Part shown: positions 9,519 to 20,000 of the stretch, piece by piece
How the letters are laid out: each line of letters starts with the position of its first letter
Numbering within the stretch: the stretch's first letter is position 1
Assembly: GCA_019058445.1 (NCBI GenBank)
Contig: JAHPZA010000010.1
Location: forward strand, 384,001 to 448,000
Direction of reading: 5' to 3'
Length of the DNA stretch: 64,000 bases
Origin: Promethearchaeota archaeon
Lineage (GTDB): Archaea; Asgardarchaeota; Lokiarchaeia; Sigyniarchaeales; SOKP01
Translations under genes and position numbers: made by a program
Notes under the pieces: generated by a model
What the model was told of the DNA's origin: nothing
Database searches by the model: none
What the model saw: the letters and a program-made list of their open reading frames with translations, nothing else

Positions 9519-9904
9519 GAATCAATCATCAATTTTTCAAGAATTTCTGTTTAAATATATTTAAATTTTAATTGATTTAAATGTTATTTTTTTGAAATCC
9601 ATCATATATTGCTGAGAAATAAAGAATAAAAAAAATCAATAAAGATGTTTTTTTCAAGTTAATTCTTAATTTTAAAATAAGACTGAAAATTCAAATAAAA
9701 GGAAATATGGAATCTCAGAAATCAAGATTGACTTTATCTAGTTCATTTTTATGATTTTTTATTAAAGAAACGATTTATTATAATAGATCGATAATTAAAT
9801 GACGTGAAAAGAAATTATCCTGACTTTAAATAGAGTTTTATGTAAGCTGAATAGTTTTTTCCAAAAAATTAGAATTTTAAACCAAGTAGTATTCTTATCT
9901 TTAT

Positions 9905-10765
9905 ATGAAAGTAGAGTTTTTTGAAGATATTAATGAATTTGTAGATTTAGTTTTCCCTTTTTTATTAAAGTGGGAAGCTGAGAACAATATACTCTTCATG
10001 ATTCTCAATTCTTTAAAGGAAAATATGCATCGCTATGGAGATTATAAGCCATATTTAACAGTAGTGTCAGATAATGATGCAATTAAACTTGTTTCTATTT
10101 GGACACCCCCTTATAATCAGTTACTATCTTATACAGATGACATAAAGACGATTGACATTTTAATTGAAGAACTTATCAATAAAAATGTGAAATTACCGGG
10201 AGTTACAGGATTTAAGGAGGGAACAGAAAGATTTGTAAATATATGGTGCGAAAAAAGAGGACTAAAGCCTCAATTAGTAAGAAATACAAGAGGACATAAA
10301 CTAATAGAAGTGGCTGAAGAAACACTAGGAAATAGAGACTTCATTATAGGAACAGAACTACATCAATCAATAATTCTTCAATGGGCAAAGGAAATGATCT
10401 TAGAAGCGGGGTTAATGACTGAAGCCGATCAAATGAACCGAACCTTAAACCAGATGAAGCAAGATATTAAAGCACAAAAAATATTTTTATTAGAAGATAA
10501 TCATATGCCTGTTTCCATGGCGAGGAAAGCTGGAAAAACCCCGAATGGGAGCCTCATTAATTTTGTGTATACACCTCCTGATTTACGCAGAAGGGGATAT
10601 GCAACAGAATCCGTAGCAAAACTGAGTAAACTTCTTCTTGAGGAAGGTAATGATTATTGTTTTTTATTTACCGATCTGGCAAATCCCATCTCAAATAGTA
10701 TTTACCAGAAAATAGGGTATCGCCCGATAATAGATTTAGATGAATATAAATTTTTAGATGTATAA
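9905..10765 (+). CDS. GNAT family N-acetyltransferase
   Basis: VYTPPDLRRRGYA acetyl-CoA motif and LFTDLANPISNSIYQKIGY. Confidence 0.9.
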   Translation: MKVEFFEDINEFVDLVFPFLLKWEAENNILFMILNSLKENMHRYGDYKPYLTVVSDNDAIKLVSIWTPPYNQLLSYTDDIKTIDILIEELINKNVKLPGVTGFKEGTERFVNIWCEKRGLKPQLVRNTRGHKLIEVAEETLGNRDFIIGTELHQSIILQWAKEMILEAGLMTEADQMNRTLNQMKQDIKAQKIFLLEDNHMPVSMARKAGKTPNGSLINFVYTPPDLRRRGYATESVAKLSKLLLEEGNDYCFLFTDLANPISNSIYQKIGYRPIIDLDEYKFLDV

Positions 10766-10822
10766 CTTATAAGATTTAATATTAATATCTTTAGAGTATT
10801 AGGAAACTATTTTGGTGATTGC

Positions 10823-11662
10823 TTGAAGAAAAAAAAAGAGTTGGAACTAAAACCAATCGAAATAAATACCCCCGCCGCAAATAAAATGAGGGAGTTATTG
10901 AAGTTAACTAAAACTTCACCGAAATTGAAAAAAATGTATCTAAAAAAAGCCTACCCAGAGGGAGTGGAGCAGACAGGTAGCCCCATACCAGTTAATGTTA
11001 CTCTAGGTGAGTATGAGGATCAAATATTACCATTTGTTGTCACAGAATATTTTATCAAAAAGGCAGGAACCATACTTTTAATGGATTGCCCATGTCGTAG
11101 AGCTAATAAATGTGAAAATCATGATTATCATTTAGGTTGCACTTGGTTGGGGGAAGGAGCTCGCCATGTAGATCTATCTAAATGGCCAGTTGCCAATGGA
11201 CGTTTTGCGACTAAAGAGGAAGCTTTAGAGCGAGAACGCTTGGCTTATGAAAATGGTTTGGTACCCCATTTAGGAAAGCTGAGAGGTGATGCAGAGTTAT
11301 ATAATGTGGTAGATTACGAGGATCAATTCATGTCTATTTGTCATTGTTGCTCTTGCTGCTGCATTGTTAGCTTGATGAAATATGGGCCATCGGAGTATAA
11401 ACAAATTGTAAAAAGGATGGAGGGTGTTGAAGTAAGGATAGATCCTGATAAATGCACTGGCTGCGGAGCCTGCTTTAAAGTCTGCATCTACGACGGTTTG
11501 AAGATGGAAAACGGCAAGGCAATGATTAATCAAGAAAATTGCATGGGATGCGGTCGTTGCGAGATGACATGCCCAAACAAAGCGGTTTCCATTTCAATTG
11601 ATGATTATACTCGTATTGATGAATTAATTGCCAGATTCGAATCTCGCGTGGACATTTCTTAA
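10823..11662 (+). CDS. 4Fe-4S dicluster protein with Cys-rich N-terminal region
   Basis: CPCR, CHCCSCCC and two CxxCxxCxxxC motifs; TTG start after GGTGA. Confidence 0.85.
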   Translation: MKKKKELELKPIEINTPAANKMRELLKLTKTSPKLKKMYLKKAYPEGVEQTGSPIPVNVTLGEYEDQILPFVVTEYFIKKAGTILLMDCPCRRANKCENHDYHLGCTWLGEGARHVDLSKWPVANGRFATKEEALERERLAYENGLVPHLGKLRGDAELYNVVDYEDQFMSICHCCSCCCIVSLMKYGPSEYKQIVKRMEGVEVRIDPDKCTGCGACFKVCIYDGLKMENGKAMINQENCMGCGRCEMTCPNKAVSISIDDYTRIDELIARFESRVDIS

Positions 11663-11764
11663 TTGAATCTTGTTATTTCCTGTACCTAAATAACTAATAA
11701 TACTATTCTAATTATTAAAAAAAATATCAGCTGGGAATTTTCCTTTAAAGGTTTATTTTAGAAA

Positions 11765-11878
11765 TGTATCTTATTTACATAACTGGCAAATCCTATATCA
11801 TATAGCATTTACCAAAAAATAAGATATCGCCTGATAATAGATTTAGATCAATACAATTTTTTTGTGAGTAAAACTTAA
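11765..11878 (+). pseudogene. Remnant 3' end of a second GNAT gene homologous to 10658-10765
   Basis: Translates CILFT*LANPISYSIYQKIRYRLIIDLDQYNF, versus CFLFTDLANPISNSIYQKIGYRPIIDLDEYKF in the intact gene. Confidence 0.85.
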
Positions 11879-12011
11879 AATTTTGGAATTAGCATAGAAA
11901 TTCTTAGGAAATTAATACGGCATTAAATATTTCATAGAACCAAAACTAAAATAATGATTTCAAGATTCTATTTCCTCTATAAACAAAATAAAAAGAAAAT
12001 TATAAAAAGAT

Positions 12012-14099
12012 TTAAATTTTCTTGATATTTACTTTTCGCTTTAAAAAAAATATTAGTGAAATTACTGATATTATGGTAAATAAGAAGTAAAAATCTCCAA
12101 ATGGAATAACATCATCCCCATCACTGCTATTACTACCTCCCCCTCCGCCATTATCAGAATCTGTAGTAAGGGAGCATGATTTATTACATATCGGATAATT
12201 ATCTTGAGCTATTGCATCGCCTAATATGGAATAAGCAGTCTCTCCAATGCCATCACCATTATTATCGCAACCAACATAATCATCCCAATAATTACCAATC
12301 GAACCATTATCCCACTTATTATTAGTCCCATTATCTTTGGCATTAATGGTATTCTCAATAAACCAATTGATATAAATTAAGTTATTATCACTACTAGTAT
12401 CTTCATTATCGAGATGAATACCAATTTCTCCACTATAATAAATATGATTTTCTGTGAAATTATTAGAATCAGATGTAAATAAGAAAATACCATATAGTGA
12501 ATTGTTATAAATCTTATTATCAAAAATGGTATTTTGATTACAATAATCTATTCGTATTCCATGTATTGAATTATTATTAAGAATATTAGCAGTTATATTA
12601 TTAATATTGCTATTAATCATAAATAGACCGGAATCACTATTACTATTTAATGTATTATTAAGAAGAAGGTTATATCCACAAGTATCTAAATTGATTCCAT
12701 TTCGACTATTATTTGAACAGTTATTATTAATTAAAATTCCATTATTTACATTATCTAAACTAATCCCTGCGTTTCCAAAAGATGATCCTGAATTATAGAG
12801 TGTGCAATTTTCAATTCTGAAATATTTAGTTGAGTTACCTATTATTATGCAACTTCCATCTCCTTGACCATCTATATTAAAATTATCTAAAATATATGGA
12901 TTTTCTTCTGTACCTAATCCTTTACCCCATGCTCTTGTTGAGAACCATGCCCATGTGTGTCCACTAATTCCCGAATCATCGATATGAATCTTTCCCCCGT
13001 CATAAAACGGATTTCCATGAATAGGTTTATAATCTTTATTACTTCCTGAAGGAGGAACATTATAATAACTATCTCCAATCCCATCTCCGTCATTATCATT
13101 TCCTGTATAATCATACCAATAATTTCCAATGTAAGAATTGTTCCAATGAAGCACATTCATATTGTCATAGCATGTATCCGATATGAAATAATTTTTATAT
13201 ATAAAATTATTCCAATTTGCACTTACGCTGAAATGATTAATCCCATCACCATTATTACTGAAATAATTCTCTGTAAAATTATTGTCATTATTATTGTTTC
13301 CAAACCAAATTCCATCGTAGGAATTTTCCTCAAAATTGTTGTTTAAAACCTTCGTATTATCACAATCATAGATATGTAAACCGTGTTCATTAACTCTAAT
13401 ATTGTTATTTTGAATTACTAAATTGTATCCACTTAGTACTTCTATACCTGTTTGGGTATTATTTTCGATTCTATTGTTAATTATCACATTATCAGGGTTG
13501 CTATATGTTTGATAGATATCAATTCCGTCGTCGCTATTATTATGTATTACGTTGTTTATTACTTTGTTATTTCTACAATTTTCATATAGAGTTATTCCTA
13601 CATTGCTATATGAGCAATTATTATTCATAATAATACCATTATTAGTGTTATCGAGGTGTATTGCTGCTTCATAACTTATGCCAAGCACATTAGTCACTAT
13701 ACAGTTTCTTATGATGAACTGAACATTAGAATCTCTAATTTCTATACCATATTGACCTCCCTGTCCATCCATATACACATTCTCGATTATATATACCCCT
13801 CCTACATAAGTACACCAAGGTTGTGAAACAGCTTGAGCCCATGAGATATATCCCGAGTAAATAGGTGTTGTACCACGAATTCTTATTGGACTTCCCGTGA
13901 GGTCAAATAAATCTGCTTGTTTTGGACGATTTAAATCATCAATATAATTCTTTTGATGTGCATCATCTTTTTTGTTTAAATCACTAGTAAATAGCTCATT
14001 AACTCGCTCTCGATTATTTATAATAATGAATGAAGGTATGATACTCTGAAAGATAATTGAAATTGTCAAGTAAATTACTATATTTTTTCTCTTATTCAT
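12012..14099 (-). CDS. Secreted right-handed beta-helix (NosD/CASH) protein, two modules, with Loki-type C-terminal anchor
   Basis: Asn-rich PbH1 repeats; two GNYWxDYxGxDxxGDGIG motifs; Gly/Ser linker, then IPFGDFY-TM-KRK. Confidence 0.85.
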   Translation of the reverse strand: MNKRKNIVIYLTISIIFQSIIPSFIIINNRERVNELFTSDLNKKDDAHQKNYIDDLNRPKQADLFDLTGSPIRIRGTTPIYSGYISWAQAVSQPWCTYVGGVYIIENVYMDGQGGQYGIEIRDSNVQFIIRNCIVTNVLGISYEAAIHLDNTNNGIIMNNNCSYSNVGITLYENCRNNKVINNVIHNNSDDGIDIYQTYSNPDNVIINNRIENNTQTGIEVLSGYNLVIQNNNIRVNEHGLHIYDCDNTKVLNNNFEENSYDGIWFGNNNNDNNFTENYFSNNGDGINHFSVSANWNNFIYKNYFISDTCYDNMNVLHWNNSYIGNYWYDYTGNDNDGDGIGDSYYNVPPSGSNKDYKPIHGNPFYDGGKIHIDDSGISGHTWAWFSTRAWGKGLGTEENPYILDNFNIDGQGDGSCIIIGNSTKYFRIENCTLYNSGSSFGNAGISLDNVNNGILINNNCSNNSRNGINLDTCGYNLLLNNTLNSNSDSGLFMINSNINNITANILNNNSIHGIRIDYCNQNTIFDNKIYNNSLYGIFLFTSDSNNFTENHIYYSGEIGIHLDNEDTSSDNNLIYINWFIENTINAKDNGTNNKWDNGSIGNYWDDYVGCDNNGDGIGETAYSILGDAIAQDNYPICNKSCSLTTDSDNGGGGGSNSSDGDDVIPFGDFYFLFTIISVISLIFFLKRKVNIKKI

Positions 14100-14288
14100 T
14101 AATTTCTTTCACTTTGTCATTTATGTCATTATCTTATATTTTTTTAATATACCTTATGTTCTAGGTTTATGATAAACATAAAATTATCTTTTTTTATCTA
14201 TAAAAACCTTTTTTTGTCTTTTTATATTAAAATATGGTTAATATAAATTAAAGAAGTAGTTATATAAATCTTGTCTTTTCTTGACAAT

Positions 14289-15089
14289 TTACCTTTTTGG
14301 GAATGTATTGATAGCCACACATATAGATTGATGTATCGCTAAAAAAAGATTATCAGATAACTCATCATATATTTCTTGAGTCGCATCTACAAATGCCATA
14401 TCATTCCAAGAACCCATAGCACCAAATACAAACCCTTTTAGACAAGCCCCGAGAATTTGTCGAGCTTTAAGTGAATAATTCTCTTCAATAATTATATCCT
14501 TATGTGGTACATCACTGAGAGGATCATCTGAAGAAAGACAATCTAATGCTGAATTGAAAGCATTGGTAAACTCTTCTTCATTTTGCTTTTCAGAAAACGG
14601 GATAATTTTTTGAAAGGCACTTTTTAAATTATTATATGATTTTTCTAATGTTGGAAGGTCTTCTTCAGAGGGGAAAGACCATTCTTTCGCAATTCGACCA
14701 TAATTAACATTCCATAGATTTTCTTCTGATTGATTCTCATCCGGAACAATCCATCTGGCCTCCCAGATATCTACTGTCTCTCCAATTACAGCAGATATCA
14801 GCCATCGTCCACACCCTCCAATGAAACCAGTAGTTTCCCTATCCTCTTTTAAGCCTTCTTCTGAAAATGCATGATCTAAGATTAATTATTCCACCTTATT
14901 CTCCTTTAAAAAGTCAAACCATTCATCAGGATTCTTTGCTAAAGTGTCTGCCCCTGGCCATTCAATAAAATTTATTTCTTTGCAACTTTTAGCAGTAGAA
15001 TGCGTGAATTCAAAAGAAACAGATTGACCTTGTAAATAAGCATTCCCATAGGGTGTTAAAGCTGCAATTTGCACTATTGATGTTTTCAT
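14289..15089 (-). pseudogene. Conserved hypothetical gene (FGAMGSWND motif) interrupted by one in-frame TAA at 14886-14888
   Basis: The frame continues past the stop for ~199 codons (LILDHAFSEEG...VFGAMGSWNDMAF...NTFPKR*), giving 267 codons overall. Confidence 0.8.
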
Positions 15090-15205
15090 ATAATATTTTT
15101 AGGTTTATTGTTATTAAATCTAATGTCCAAGAAAATAAGATTAATATAAAATTTAAAAAGTATTGTATATAAATTCCTAAAGGAATAAATCAAAGAAGTC
15201 TTGAG

Positions 15206-15385
15206 GTGAAATTTAAGGTTTTATCAAATGAAGAAATTAGGAAGAAGAGAGAAAAATTAAATAGAAAATTAATGCTTATTCAAAAGCTAATTCAAGAGGG
15301 CAAATTTTCTCAAGCTAAAAAGGAAGCAGAAGAGATTATGCAAACGAAAAAATTATTTAAAATTAATAAACGCAGTGAGCAATAA
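15206..15385 (+). CDS. Small basic helical protein (59 aa) or gene remnant
   Basis: GTG start; MKFKVLSNEEIRKKREKLNRKLMLIQKLIQEGKFSQAKKEAEEIMQ...; below the ORF-track length cutoff. Confidence 0.35.
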   Translation: MKFKVLSNEEIRKKREKLNRKLMLIQKLIQEGKFSQAKKEAEEIMQTKKLFKINKRSEQ

Positions 15386-15595
15386 CTTGAAACTTATGAT
15401 GGCCATATCTTTTAAATAGGAGGGCTTTAACTCAGGTAACTCGGTAACCTTATCAAAGCAGGTAAGTTTTTCCTCAGATTCACCACGCTCCTCATGAAAC
15501 ACCCCTAAATTAAACCATTCGGTCGGGGTTGAAATTGTGTGCCAATGCAAGTTATACCATGTGTAGTTCAAGTTTATTTGAGCACACACACTCAT
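15353..15595 (-). pseudogene. Probable TPR-repeat fragment
   Basis: EWFNLGVFHEERGESEEKLTCFDKVTEL matches one TPR unit; flanks look degenerate. Confidence 0.4.
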
Positions 15596-16062
15596 ATATT
15601 TGAGCAGGTGTTAAAAAATTCATTCTAATATTTTAAAAAAATCCAAATATTTAGGTTTTATAGCTAGTCGATTTAGGTTTTTTTTAATATCCTTTTTTGA
15701 ATCATTAAATTATAGAACATAATTTAAAGGATAAATTTAAAAAATAAAGAGTTAAAATAGACAAATTTTAAAAGAATTATAAATAATTATGCTCAAAAAT
15801 CAGATTATTCTCTCAAAAGGGAGAATATTAATGCATCGGGTTATAATTTAAATTTATTTTAATTCAATGAACGTATTTTCGAATTTCACTTTTGTCATAG
15901 GAAAATGAAAACATTTTTATAGTCGGTTAACTAATAATTGATCAAGAAAAACGGAACCATGATATCAAAATATATTCTTATACCTAAAGCCGAAAAAAAA
16001 AATCGGTAATACCTCAACCCTTAACCCTGTTATATATACACTCGCATCGGGTGAGTAGACGA

Positions 16063-16138
16063 ATAGATAAATATGTCTCCTCTTTTTTTATAAAATAAGA
16101 ATCATGGTTTTCCGATTTTCTCTCTTTTTACTTTTTAT
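16063..16138. repeat. Direct repeat copy 1 (~76 bp)
   Basis: ATAGATAAATATGTCTCCTCTTTTTTTATAAAATAAGAATCATGGTTTTCCGATTTTCTCTCTTTTT, near-identical to 17871-17946. Confidence 0.9.
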
Positions 16139-16151
16139 ACTGCTTTAATTT

Positions 16152-17780
16152 TTAACCATTAAGAGGATTTGGATTATTTATATTAAATTCTTGTAATTCA
16201 CGAAATGCCTTTTCTGTAGTTAAAGCTTCTGAAGTTAAATCAGATGCATATTTGATAAGCTTCTTATAATAACTATTAAAATTAAATAGAACTAAAAATT
16301 GGTTAAGTGTAATAAGTCTGCAATTTCTACCTTTTTGAATACTTCTAATTTCATTATTTATAAGATGGATTCTTTCCTTGGAATATTTACCATAAATAAC
16401 GATAAGCAATGGACGATCATCCCTCTGATAATTTTTATTAAGTTTTTGTAATATATGCTTGTTATTTTCAGCAACAGAAGTATAATCAATAGAAATTTCA
16501 TTCATACTTTCAAGATCTAATTGAATATCATCTAAAATCTCATAATTCATGATAATTTTTAACTTCTTATTTATTTTTATCCATGTATCAATTCTATGCA
16601 AAGAAACTGGATAATTAGAAAACTTTTCATTTTCAAATGTAACATAATTTTCTTTGAAGTGGATGAAGGAAATATCCTCTGCATAGATATGCATCAAACT
16701 TCCAATTCTTAAATGAAGGAGTTTTTCCCCCATGTAATTTTGCTTATATTCTAATATTAAATTATTGATAAAATCTTTTTCATTACTAGGAGGAGATTTA
16801 TACATCAATTTTTCAAGACGGTCTATAGTTTCAACACCAAAATTAAATTTTCCCTTTAAATAATCATAATGAGATGGAGTTATACTATTTAATTCATTTG
16901 AAAATTCAATCCTATTTGGATCATGATTAAAATGAACAATTCTAAAAAGAATTGATGCTTCTCTTAACGCGCTTAGATGAACATAAGATTCTTGCAAATA
17001 GTGCCATCGAATTAAAGCTATTGCTTCTGATTTAAATTTGATTAACTTTTCTTGTATCGGTATTTCTGTAGATTTTAATTTAATATTTAATAATTTATGT
17101 TCCATAAGAAGGTATGTTGGTAATTTAGGATGCCCTGAATCACGTTGCCCTGTCGTTATTATACTAACCTTTCCCTTTCTAGTAGAAATGTATTTAGATC
17201 TTAAAAATCCATAAAGCATAGTGGAAAATTCTCCTGAAGTAAACCCCACCTTTCCAAGAGGAATGTATCTAGAATACAAATCTTGAATGGATTCAATTAA
17301 ACGTGAAAATCCTACTTGTGAACTTTTCTTTATTTCTGAGGTTTTTACTTTATCAATTATATTCTTACATTCCAGAAAAAGAGACTTATTCTTTATCTTT
17401 TCTTTTAAATTAAAATAGATTCTCCTGTATGTACTTAATCTACCTTCCTTTCTAGAATGTGTCTTATACCATCCTTTACCCATTCCAAGAAAATCATTTA
17501 GAAATCTCTTATTAAAACTATTACCTCTCTTAATTTCTTCAAAATAATGACTTAGTAAATAACCAATTTCATTGAAAAATATTTCCTTAGTCATAGATGA
17601 TGTAATATCAGTATTATATGCTTGATATATATCTATGATTTCTCTTAGTTGTTGAAGGCTAATTCCATTTCCAAAGTATCCTTCAATTAGATGATATAAC
17701 TCACTTGTAGTTAGAGTTCCATAATATTTTTCAAAAAAATCTTGGAAAAATTCTTCGTTGGATTTATTAGTGGATTCCAT
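16152..17780 (-). CDS. Orphan protein with a possible C-terminal PD-(D/E)xK-like nuclease domain
   Basis: 542 aa; C-terminal GSLMHIYAE...E...RIDTWI...ISIDYT spacing resembles the restriction-endonuclease fold; flanked by direct repeats. Confidence 0.5.
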   Translation of the reverse strand: MESTNKSNEEFFQDFFEKYYGTLTTSELYHLIEGYFGNGISLQQLREIIDIYQAYNTDITSSMTKEIFFNEIGYLLSHYFEEIKRGNSFNKRFLNDFLGMGKGWYKTHSRKEGRLSTYRRIYFNLKEKIKNKSLFLECKNIIDKVKTSEIKKSSQVGFSRLIESIQDLYSRYIPLGKVGFTSGEFSTMLYGFLRSKYISTRKGKVSIITTGQRDSGHPKLPTYLLMEHKLLNIKLKSTEIPIQEKLIKFKSEAIALIRWHYLQESYVHLSALREASILFRIVHFNHDPNRIEFSNELNSITPSHYDYLKGKFNFGVETIDRLEKLMYKSPPSNEKDFINNLILEYKQNYMGEKLLHLRIGSLMHIYAEDISFIHFKENYVTFENEKFSNYPVSLHRIDTWIKINKKLKIIMNYEILDDIQLDLESMNEISIDYTSVAENNKHILQKLNKNYQRDDRPLLIVIYGKYSKERIHLINNEIRSIQKGRNCRLITLNQFLVLFNFNSYYKKLIKYASDLTSEALTTEKAFRELQEFNINNPNPLNG

Positions 17781-17870
17781 GATAATATACTATATACTTG
17801 ATGTTTACTCTGTTTTAATTATTAAAACTATTTAGGCTATTTAAATTAAAACCCAGTAAAGAAAAATGAT

Positions 17871-17946
17871 ATAGATAAATATGTGTCCTCTTTTTTTATA
17901 AAATAAGAATCATGATTTTCCGATTTTCTCTCTTTTTCCCTTTTAT
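17871..17946. repeat. Direct repeat copy 2 (~76 bp)
   Basis: ATAGATAAATATGTGTCCTCTTTTTTTATAAAATAAGAATCATGATTTTCCGATTTTCTCTCTTTTT; differs from copy 1 at a few positions. Confidence 0.9.
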
Positions 17947-18048
17947 TTGACGTGATTAATATCAAATTATTGTGATAACTAAAGAGTTTTTTATATGGGA
18001 CTATTTAAAGTTATATAAATTAATTTTATTTTTGTATTACACGAAATC

Positions 18049-19164
18049 ATGAGTATTGAAAAACTTAATAAAATACGTTCTCATGAAGCGTTTTTTGAAA
18101 ATGATATTGAGGCACTTTTTCTAATAAAGCCTCAAAATATCACATATGTGTTGGGTTTTAAAATCGAAAGTGATACATTTATCCTACTTCCAAGAGATGA
18201 TATGAATGATGGCAAGGTTATGGTGTTTGTAAACGCCCTCGAGATTGATCAAGTGAAGAAATTTATTGAACAAGATAAGGAATTTTCAAAAGTCATTAAT
18301 TTAATCCTCATTCCGGGAGGAAAACCAAAATTTGTTCAAAAAACCATCAATAAATTTGGGTTCAACAAAATAGGGTTTGAAGAGGATTTCGTTTCGGTCA
18401 AAAAATTTAGGGAATGGAAAGATAAATTAAATATTCCTAATTTTGTAGGAGCTACGAATATCATTCTTGATGCACGATTAACAAAAACTCAGGATGAAAT
18501 AGAGAGAATGCAAAAAGCTGCGAATTTGGGTGATATTGGATTTAAAGCGATTTTTGAGTCGATAAAAGAGGGAATGACCGAGGAAGAATTAGCGGCGGAG
18601 GCGGAATATGAGATGAGAAAAGCGGGATCAGAGGGAACTTCATTTGATACTATAGTAGCATCTGGAGAAAACTCTGCATTTCCTCATGCTAAAACTTCCA
18701 ATAAAAAAGTGGAGGATGGAGATATAGTTATTGTGGATATCGGGGCTCGATATAGTGGATATTGCTCAGATATGACGAGAACTTTTATTTTTGGAAAAAT
18801 TGACAAGATGAAAAAAAATTTAGTAAATTTGGTTAATCAAGGTCAGAAATACGCATTAGAGAATATAAAAGCGGATTTAAGCTGTATGGAAATGGATAAA
18901 CTTGTCAGAGATTACTTTATTGAAAATAATAAAGAGTGGGGTAAAAGATTTATCCATAGCTTAGGTCACGGAGTAGGAATTGATATTCATGAAAATCCTT
19001 ATCTTTCTCCTGTCTCTGAAGAGACATTGAAAGAGTTTATGATAGTAACCGTGGAACCCGGTTTATATATTCCCGGTTTAGGAGGCGCTCGAACTGAAGA
19101 TCAAATAGTGATCAAAAAAAATGGATATTTTTCATTAACTCATTCACAAAAGTATTATTACTAA
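18049..19164 (+). CDS. Xaa-Pro aminopeptidase/prolidase (M24B)
   Basis: DIGARYSGYCSDMTRT, HSLGHGVGIDIHE, EPGLY, RTED. Confidence 0.95.
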   Translation: MSIEKLNKIRSHEAFFENDIEALFLIKPQNITYVLGFKIESDTFILLPRDDMNDGKVMVFVNALEIDQVKKFIEQDKEFSKVINLILIPGGKPKFVQKTINKFGFNKIGFEEDFVSVKKFREWKDKLNIPNFVGATNIILDARLTKTQDEIERMQKAANLGDIGFKAIFESIKEGMTEEELAAEAEYEMRKAGSEGTSFDTIVASGENSAFPHAKTSNKKVEDGDIVIVDIGARYSGYCSDMTRTFIFGKIDKMKKNLVNLVNQGQKYALENIKADLSCMEMDKLVRDYFIENNKEWGKRFIHSLGHGVGIDIHENPYLSPVSEETLKEFMIVTVEPGLYIPGLGGARTEDQIVIKKNGYFSLTHSQKYYY

Positions 19165-19259
19165 GTCGCATGATCTATTTTTATCACTTTAAAAAACCTT
19201 TTTAAGGCTTAACTTTATTAATTAATAAAATAAAATTCTTCAATATTTGTGATTGAGAT

Positions 19260-19706
19260 ATGACTCTTGAAATTAAGTTAAGAAATGGCACTAAAGTAGA
19301 GTTTGATAAACAAGCCCCGAAAACTTTGTTTGAAGTTATGATTTCAGAGATTTTAATTCCTAAATACAAGGACACCGACGATTGGAACCTTGCAATTAAT
19401 GTTATTATCGAAGAGATAAATCATATCATCGGAGAGCATGAACTAGATCCAAGATTAAAAATAGCATTGTTAAGCGAAATTGAAAATCATTTGGATAAAG
19501 ATATCGAAGAATTAACTGGTGTTGCGAAAATTGAAATTCTCTTTTTAAATATGGAAGATTATGTTGAGGACATTGAAAAAATTATTACCGCAGGTTTGGA
19601 AAAGGCAGAACTCCGACATCAGATGGCGAGACTTATTCAACCATTAACACTCTTCGAGCTTGGAGAATTATTTATCTTTCTAGGGAAGAGAGCATTTTTA
19701 AAATAA
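19260..19706 (+). CDS. Hypothetical helical protein
   Basis: 148-aa acidic ORF with ATG start; no recognised motif. Confidence 0.7.
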   Translation: MTLEIKLRNGTKVEFDKQAPKTLFEVMISEILIPKYKDTDDWNLAINVIIEEINHIIGEHELDPRLKIALLSEIENHLDKDIEELTGVAKIEILFLNMEDYVEDIEKIITAGLEKAELRHQMARLIQPLTLFELGELFIFLGKRAFLK

Positions 19707-20000
19707 GCTTTTTCTAATAATTTTCAATTTACCTGGATGATTTATTATTGAACTTAACTGAATTTAAATAATTTTTTCAATTTTTCGTATCCTGTTTAAT
19801 ATGTCTAAAGTAAGACGCTCTCCTCCTTGTTCTATTTCATATATTCCAGTATCAAATTCGGATTGACAATACGGATTATTCATTCTTTTGTAGTTTGAAA
19901 GTGAATTTCATTTCCATTAACAATAAAAGGATTTCCTACCTTAAAACAAACAAAAGAGATGAAAAAAAAGCTTCAAGAAATTCATATGAAAAAAGCTTAA

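Noticed and set aside
14886-14888. Stop-codon recoding (Sec/Pyl) in the split gene
   Set aside because: The stop is TAA, not TGA or TAG. No convincing in-frame TGA selenoprotein was noticed elsewhere either
15985-16060. Small hairpins (GCCGA..TCGGT; ACTCGC..GTGAGT) as an ncRNA
   Set aside because: Stems are short with no recognisable family; they lie in a region of gene debris
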